This document shows positions 59,138-64,000 of a stretch of DNA of 64,000 nucleotides, in pieces; the first letter of the stretch is position 1, and every line of letters starts with the position of its first letter. Where the stretch lies: IMG/VR virus record IMGVR_UViG_3300027834_000005, positions 186,001 through 250,000 of that record; one strand, given 5' to 3'. A program made the position numbers and the translations under genes. The notes below the pieces were generated by a model. It saw only the letters and a program-made list of their open reading frames with translations. It was not told the DNA's origin and made no database searches.

Positions 59138-60253
59138 ATGGCTAGGACTAAGAAAAGATATGAAGAGCCGTTGCCTGAGTATAGTCTTATGGTGGTTGGC
59201 AGTAAAGATTATGCCCATCACTATCATAGTGCCATGGCGTATGCGAATTATGACGTAGACATTAAGAAATTAGTGAAAGCGACTAAGACGTGGACCGCCA
59301 AAAACACTGATCATGACCCTAAAATATTATTCAGTTTGCCTGATAATACGTTTGGGTCCATTGGTAAGTTCTGCTTTATTATGAATAAGGGTGGTCAATT
59401 TGACGAACGTCATATGGCATCTATAAGAGAACATATTAAGCATTTGTACAATAAGGCCGAATTAACATATTCTTCCAAAATTGATGCAGACAGCGAAGCA
59501 GAAAACAGTGCAAAGAAGAAGATAGGTGTTCAAGAACACATGAAAAATAGAGCTTGTGAAGTTGCAGGCGAGATTGAATATTTGATAGATTTGTTCATTG
59601 ATGATTCTAAAGCTAATAGTTTTAAAAAGTTTAACTTGGAAGCATTCTTTGAAAGACAAGAAATAAAAGGCGGTCATTACAGATACATAGCGAGTTTCTA
59701 CGAAGTGGATCTTGCTGAGTTTCAGATGGCCTTGGAAGGTAAAGACGCATACTCAGTAGAAGCATATAGCTTCCTGAAGAAATCAGAATTAAAAGAACTG
59801 GTGAGTTTCCTATCGTTGGTAGTAGAAACCGCAGATAAATTGAAAGGTAAAACGTCTTACAAACCAAGGAAGAAGAAAGCTATCAGTAAAGGTAGAAGAG
59901 TATCTAAACTTACGTACCTCGCTAAATGCGAGATGACTAAGTTGGAATCCGTGAGTCCTATACATATTCTAGGTGCTAGTGCGCTGTGGGTATATAATAC
60001 CAAGACGCGAAAACTGGGCCACTACACTTCTATAGATGGTGATGGGTTGGATATATCAGGGACATCTCTGAGGAACTATGAGTCCGGCAGTAGTGAATGT
60101 ATAATACTGCGGAGTAGTAAAATAGACTTGAGTAAGCTCAAGGCGCTGTCAGAAAAGGTCAGGACCAAGCGGTTTGATGACCTAACGTCAGTTAAAACAT
60201 CTTTGAAGGGAAGGATAAACGAACATGTTCTTCTCTTGTGTGTGGAGAAATAG
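59138..60253 (+). CDS. Hypothetical phage protein
   Basis: 371 aa ORF; SVSPIHILGASALWVYNTKTRKL..GRINE. Confidence 0.6.
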   Translation: MARTKKRYEEPLPEYSLMVVGSKDYAHHYHSAMAYANYDVDIKKLVKATKTWTAKNTDHDPKILFSLPDNTFGSIGKFCFIMNKGGQFDERHMASIREHIKHLYNKAELTYSSKIDADSEAENSAKKKIGVQEHMKNRACEVAGEIEYLIDLFIDDSKANSFKKFNLEAFFERQEIKGGHYRYIASFYEVDLAEFQMALEGKDAYSVEAYSFLKKSELKELVSFLSLVVETADKLKGKTSYKPRKKKAISKGRRVSKLTYLAKCEMTKLESVSPIHILGASALWVYNTKTRKLGHYTSIDGDGLDISGTSLRNYESGSSECIILRSSKIDLSKLKALSEKVRTKRFDDLTSVKTSLKGRINEHVLLLCVEK

Positions 60254-60915
60254 AATGGGTGTAGACGCAGCAGATTATATCATGAGGACAAAGAGCCTCA
60301 TGTTACTGACTGAATGGTTACGTAGTGAAGACGACATCGATATTGAGATAGCGGTCATAGATGATATGAAATCCGTTGTAGGGGCTTTCTTGGCCGTTGT
60401 CGTGGCACCTCATGTCGAAGACATAGTTGATACATTCAACGCGTATGATATCAAGACCAGCGTAGATTTAAAGTTGGCCTTGGGTGACATTATAATGAAG
60501 GTTATAGCCGTAGATATGGCAGACCAACTAGGAGTGTGATATGGAACAGAATAAACCAGTAGGACGTCGAGATAGACATACCGTGCACGAAAATGTTGAA
60601 GATGACAAAGTGGTAGAGGAAGAGATCGAGATTACGCCAGAATCACTTAAGAATTTGGTGAGTATTTCAGGTGGATTTTTAAAAGATAATGTTAAGCCAG
60701 CTTCTCTAGTTGAGTTTTTGAAACATAAAGATTCAATTGATGAGATAGAGGACTTAGCGTTGTTAATAGGTAAGGCAGTCATCAACGACATCATCATTGA
60801 CGCACTTCAAGCTGCGATTAATGCTCACGATGCTCAAGATACGGCTGATAGCTCAGATAATGAACAAAATGGTTGAATAATCTGATAAATAGTGGTAAAA
60901 TAAAGAGACTTTATT

Positions 60916-61671
60916 ATGACTGCTACTGTTACGCCTAGAACTAAGCTTGTAAAGCAGCTAAGGCTGTTATTGGGTGACCAAATGGTCGATGTTGAATTAG
61001 ACATTGAGCATTATGAGCTGGCTGTGGATATGGCATTGGAAAGATTCAGACAACGTTCTGATTCATCCATGCAAGAAAAGGATATTTTCATAGATCTGCA
61101 ACCAGACCAAAATGTATATAAATTGCCTGAGAATATTCAGACTGTTTGGAAAGTTCATAGACGTGGCGTCGGTACATCTATTGGTGGTAGCGGTGTTAAC
61201 TTCGATCCGTTCGAAGCCAGCTTCGCTAATCAATATATGGTGCAAGGCGCACAGCAAGGTGGATTAGCTACATGGGAATTATTTGGTGAGTATAAAGAAA
61301 CTCTTGGAAGATTATTTGCATCTCAAATTAACTTTAATTGGAATGCGGATAATAAAGAGTTAACTATTCTTACTAGGGCAGAAGGGCAAGAAACGGTAAT
61401 GATCACGGCGTACGCCGAAAAGGATGAGCAAAGCATATTAACTAACGCTTACTCTGGTCCGTGGATGAGGGATTATTCGTTAGCTCAATGTAAGTTCATG
61501 CTCGGAGAGGCGAGATCAATGTTCACTTCTGGCTTTGCAGGACCTCAAGGTTCTATCATGTTAAATGGTGATCAGCTCAAGCAAGAAGCTATGCAGGAAA
61601 TGGAAAGGTTAGAAACTGAAATACAAAACTTTGTAACATCAGATAGCGGGTATCCTTTTATTATCGGGTAA
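60916..61671 (+). CDS. Neck protein (T4 gp13-like)
   Basis: LLGDQMVDVELD, WMRDYSLA..K..LGEARS.F..GPQG...LNG motifs; late promoter. Confidence 0.85.
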   Translation: MTATVTPRTKLVKQLRLLLGDQMVDVELDIEHYELAVDMALERFRQRSDSSMQEKDIFIDLQPDQNVYKLPENIQTVWKVHRRGVGTSIGGSGVNFDPFEASFANQYMVQGAQQGGLATWELFGEYKETLGRLFASQINFNWNADNKELTILTRAEGQETVMITAYAEKDEQSILTNAYSGPWMRDYSLAQCKFMLGEARSMFTSGFAGPQGSIMLNGDQLKQEAMQEMERLETEIQNFVTSDSGYPFIIG

Positions 61672-61904
61672 CCAATTGATGAATGGACTAAAATAAAAAT
61701 GGAATATAAAAAAGTGGACAAACAACAGAAAACTGCAGTATTCGCCATGTGCGGTACTTTAGTAGCTATGGTTGCCTCAGTTGAATACGTGCTGTATAAA
61801 GTATCTTCTGAAGTGATGTATGGTTTCGCCGTAGTACCTTACTAATGCTCGTCGGGTTACTTAGGTGACCCACGTTCAAAAACAACACACATACAAGGAA
61901 CGTT

Positions 61905-62543
61905 ATGATAGTTGGTGTCATGGGTTTAATTGGTGCGGGAAAGGATACCGTATCTGACATCTTCGTCAGGGAACATGGCTTTGAAAAAATAAGCTTTGCT
62001 GACTCTGTGAAGGATGTCGTGTCCACAGTCTTTGACTGGGACAGAGAAATGATGGAAGGCGCAACGCCTGAGTCAAGAGAATTTAGGGATGCAGTCGATC
62101 AAGACTGGTCCGATATGTTAGGCGTAGAAATGTTTTCTCCTAGAAAAGCCATGCAGATGGTTGGCACGGATACGTTTAGAAATCACTTTAATAATAATAT
62201 CTGGGTTTATAATACGATGCGTCGTGCGTCAAAGTACGAAAATACAGTAATCAGTGACGTAAGATTCGTCAATGAAGCTAACGCAATATTAGATGCCGGT
62301 GGAGTTTTGATAAGAGTGTTTGGCAGCAAGACACCGTCGTGGTATGATGTGGCTCAAATGGCTGCTGAAGGCGACGAGATCTCTGAAATGTACATGGAGT
62401 CCCACTATCCACACGTGCACAGAAGTGAATGGGATTGCGCAGCAGTAGAGGCCAATTACGTGATTGAGAACACCGGCACCAAGGATGATCTTAATAGTGT
62501 AGTACTTGAAGTGCACGAAAGTGTGGAGGCTGTTAGACAATAA
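61905..62543 (+). CDS. Deoxynucleoside monophosphate kinase (T4 gp1-like)
   Basis: G..GAGKDT, SFAD..K, SPR..MQ..GT, ISDVRF.NE, H.SE. Confidence 0.9.
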   Translation: MIVGVMGLIGAGKDTVSDIFVREHGFEKISFADSVKDVVSTVFDWDREMMEGATPESREFRDAVDQDWSDMLGVEMFSPRKAMQMVGTDTFRNHFNNNIWVYNTMRRASKYENTVISDVRFVNEANAILDAGGVLIRVFGSKTPSWYDVAQMAAEGDEISEMYMESHYPHVHRSEWDCAAVEANYVIENTGTKDDLNSVVLEVHESVEAVRQ

Positions 62544-62620
62544 CCTATTCTGTTTGGGGTAGGTTTGAAGACCATTATGATAAATACCTGTAGATTTTAT
62601 AAACTATTAGGAGATTATCA

Positions 62621-64000
62621 ATGGCAAATCTTGTGTCACCAGGTTCACTGGTAACAGTCACCGATGAAAGCTTTACGGTTGGTACAGGTCCAGGCACTGT
62701 TCCACTTATCTTTATGGCTACGGGCCAAGATAAATTGAACTCTGCTGGGGACGGTATCGCTGAAGGAACAACAAAGCAAAATGCCGGTAAATTATTCTTA
62801 ATTTCTTCTCAGAGGGAATTATTACAAACATACGGACTACCCGACTTCAATGAAGTAGGCGGTAATTCACTAAACGCATTCCCATTAAATGAATACGGTC
62901 TTTTGGCTGCGCATTCATATATGGGCATTGCAAACAGAGCTTATTGCTTAAGAGCAGACGTAGATCTAGACCAAATGGTGCCTTCTGATGTGCCACCTAC
63001 TTCATCGCCTACAAGCGGAACTTACTGGTTAGATGCTAATGGCGTCGATGCTGGAATGTTCGTTAGAGCTTCTGGAACATGGGTTAAAACTTCCGTTTAC
63101 ATGTACGATGGGATCGTTGACGAAAATACTGGTGCCCCTTTAGCTGCGCCTAACAACGAAGAATATGTAATGGTTGTCGGTAAAGTGGATATCACTACCG
63201 AAATTATTGAAAACCAAATCTGGAGACAGGTTGCTGGTGTTGGATACGTTAGAATGAACGACCAAACTATCTCTGAAGATCTTCAGTATAGTAAAGTTTG
63301 GCCTTCACTTCGTAGCAACGCAACTGCTCTTGTTGACGGTGACTACTGGATTAGCACGGACATTGCTGAGTACGACTTAAGCGTTTATAGCGCGACAAGT
63401 GGTAGTTTTGTAATTCAAACTGCTCCATTATTCGAAACAACTGCATTAGCTAATGACTTCTACGGAACTCCGGTAGCTGGCGATTTGTTCGTACAGTACA
63501 ACTCTGAAGATTTAGATCCAGCAACTTCTACAGTTTTCCAACATGCTATTCGTAGACATAACGGTAAAGCTACAGTTGAAGTTATTTCTACTCATCAGTT
63601 CTCTGTAACAAACCCAATGATCGCATCTGTTAGTTTTAACGGTGGCGCACCTATCGCTATCAACGAAATTACTGCACAAGCTGCGGCATTATATATTAAC
63701 CAAGCCTTAGTAACTCAAGGTAGCACAAACATCGAAGCTAGAGATGCAAACGGAACATTAGTTATTGCTGAACTGAATGGTGATGATTTAGATATTGACG
63801 TTACAAGCGGAAGCATGGGTATCCCATCAGACGTATATAGTAACTGGGAATCTTTATCTTATGAAGCTTCTTTATCTGCTCCTATTGGTGACCTTCCAGA
63901 AGGTACGCTTTGGTATAGCGCTGATTTTAAAGCTGATGTTATCATTGCTAACAATGGTGCTTGGGAAGAACTTCCATGGCCTGTACATGTACAGCCTGAC
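62621..64000 (+). CDS. Tail sheath protein (gp18-like), truncated by window end
   Basis: Manual translation MANLVSPGSLVTVTDESF..SSQRELLQTYG.P..LNEYGLLAAHSYMG.ANRAY..RADVDL; AGGAG SD; late promoter. Confidence 0.9.
   Translation, partial: MANLVSPGSLVTVTDESFTVGTGPGTVPLIFMATGQDKLNSAGDGIAEGTTKQNAGKLFLISSQRELLQTYGLPDFNEVGGNSLNAFPLNEYGLLAAHSYMGIANRAYCLRADVDLDQMVPSDVPPTSSPTSGTYWLDANGVDAGMFVRASGTWVKTSVYMYDGIVDENTGAPLAAPNNEEYVMVVGKVDITTEIIENQIWRQVAGVGYVRMNDQTISEDLQYSKVWPSLRSNATALVDGDYWISTDIAEYDLSVYSATSGSFVIQTAPLFETTALANDFYGTPVAGDLFVQYNSEDLDPATSTVFQHAIRRHNGKATVEVISTHQFSVTNPMIASVSFNGGAPIAINEITAQAAALYINQALVTQGSTNIEARDANGTLVIAELNGDDLDIDVTSGSMGIPSDVYSNWESLSYEASLSAPIGDLPEGTLWYSADFKADVIIANNGAWEELPWPVHVQPD

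Noticed and set aside
2212-62540. Many short opposite-strand ORFs inside long genes (e.g. 2212+, 39262-, 51717-, 57109+)
   Set aside because: Antisense shadows of well-supported CDSs, with no SD or recognisable motifs
1-64000. Alternative genetic code or suppressor tRNA
   Set aside because: TAA, TAG and TGA all terminate well-formed genes, and no intact CTA/TTA/TCA tRNA was found; the TTTCA at ~25786-25790 is a broken remnant without an anticodon stem

Overview
This is a 64 kb segment of an AT-rich, T4-related jumbo myophage, probably infecting a marine Gammaproteobacterium (host is an inference). The left end (1-5.7 kb, minus strand) holds neck gp14-like and tail fibre/baseplate genes. The region 6.5-27.5 kb is a large RNA island: a GOLLD-like giant ncRNA, about 40 tRNA genes, several tRNA-like ncRNAs, two hammerhead ribozymes and an HNH endonuclease. 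The region 27.5-60 kb holds many small accessory ORFs plus a Prs-like/Nampt-like NAD pair (NARP1-like), Pth2, an M17 aminopeptidase, Smr, a permuted tmRNA, proteases, an ART-like protein, a T5 A1-like nuclease and spanins. The right end holds neck gp13, dNMP kinase and the tail sheath. The main finding is two unannotated leader peptides (11449-11607 and 17141-17317), each followed by alternative antiterminator/terminator hairpins and each heading a tRNA cluster whose anticodons match the leader's codons. Leader 1 and cluster 1 cover Glu/Gln/Leu/Arg/Ser(TCN); leader 2 and cluster 2 cover the other amino acids plus Ser(AGY). This looks like a ribosome-stalling sensor that switches on the phage tRNAs the cell is short of. 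Also notable: hammerheads predicted to cut exactly at +1 of both tRNA-Tyr genes, a shared C-terminal EEExFxxxLxG motif on more than 30 ORFs from many unrelated families, and a stand-alone Gol-like capsid-peptide protein. All calls come from manual reading; no searches were run.
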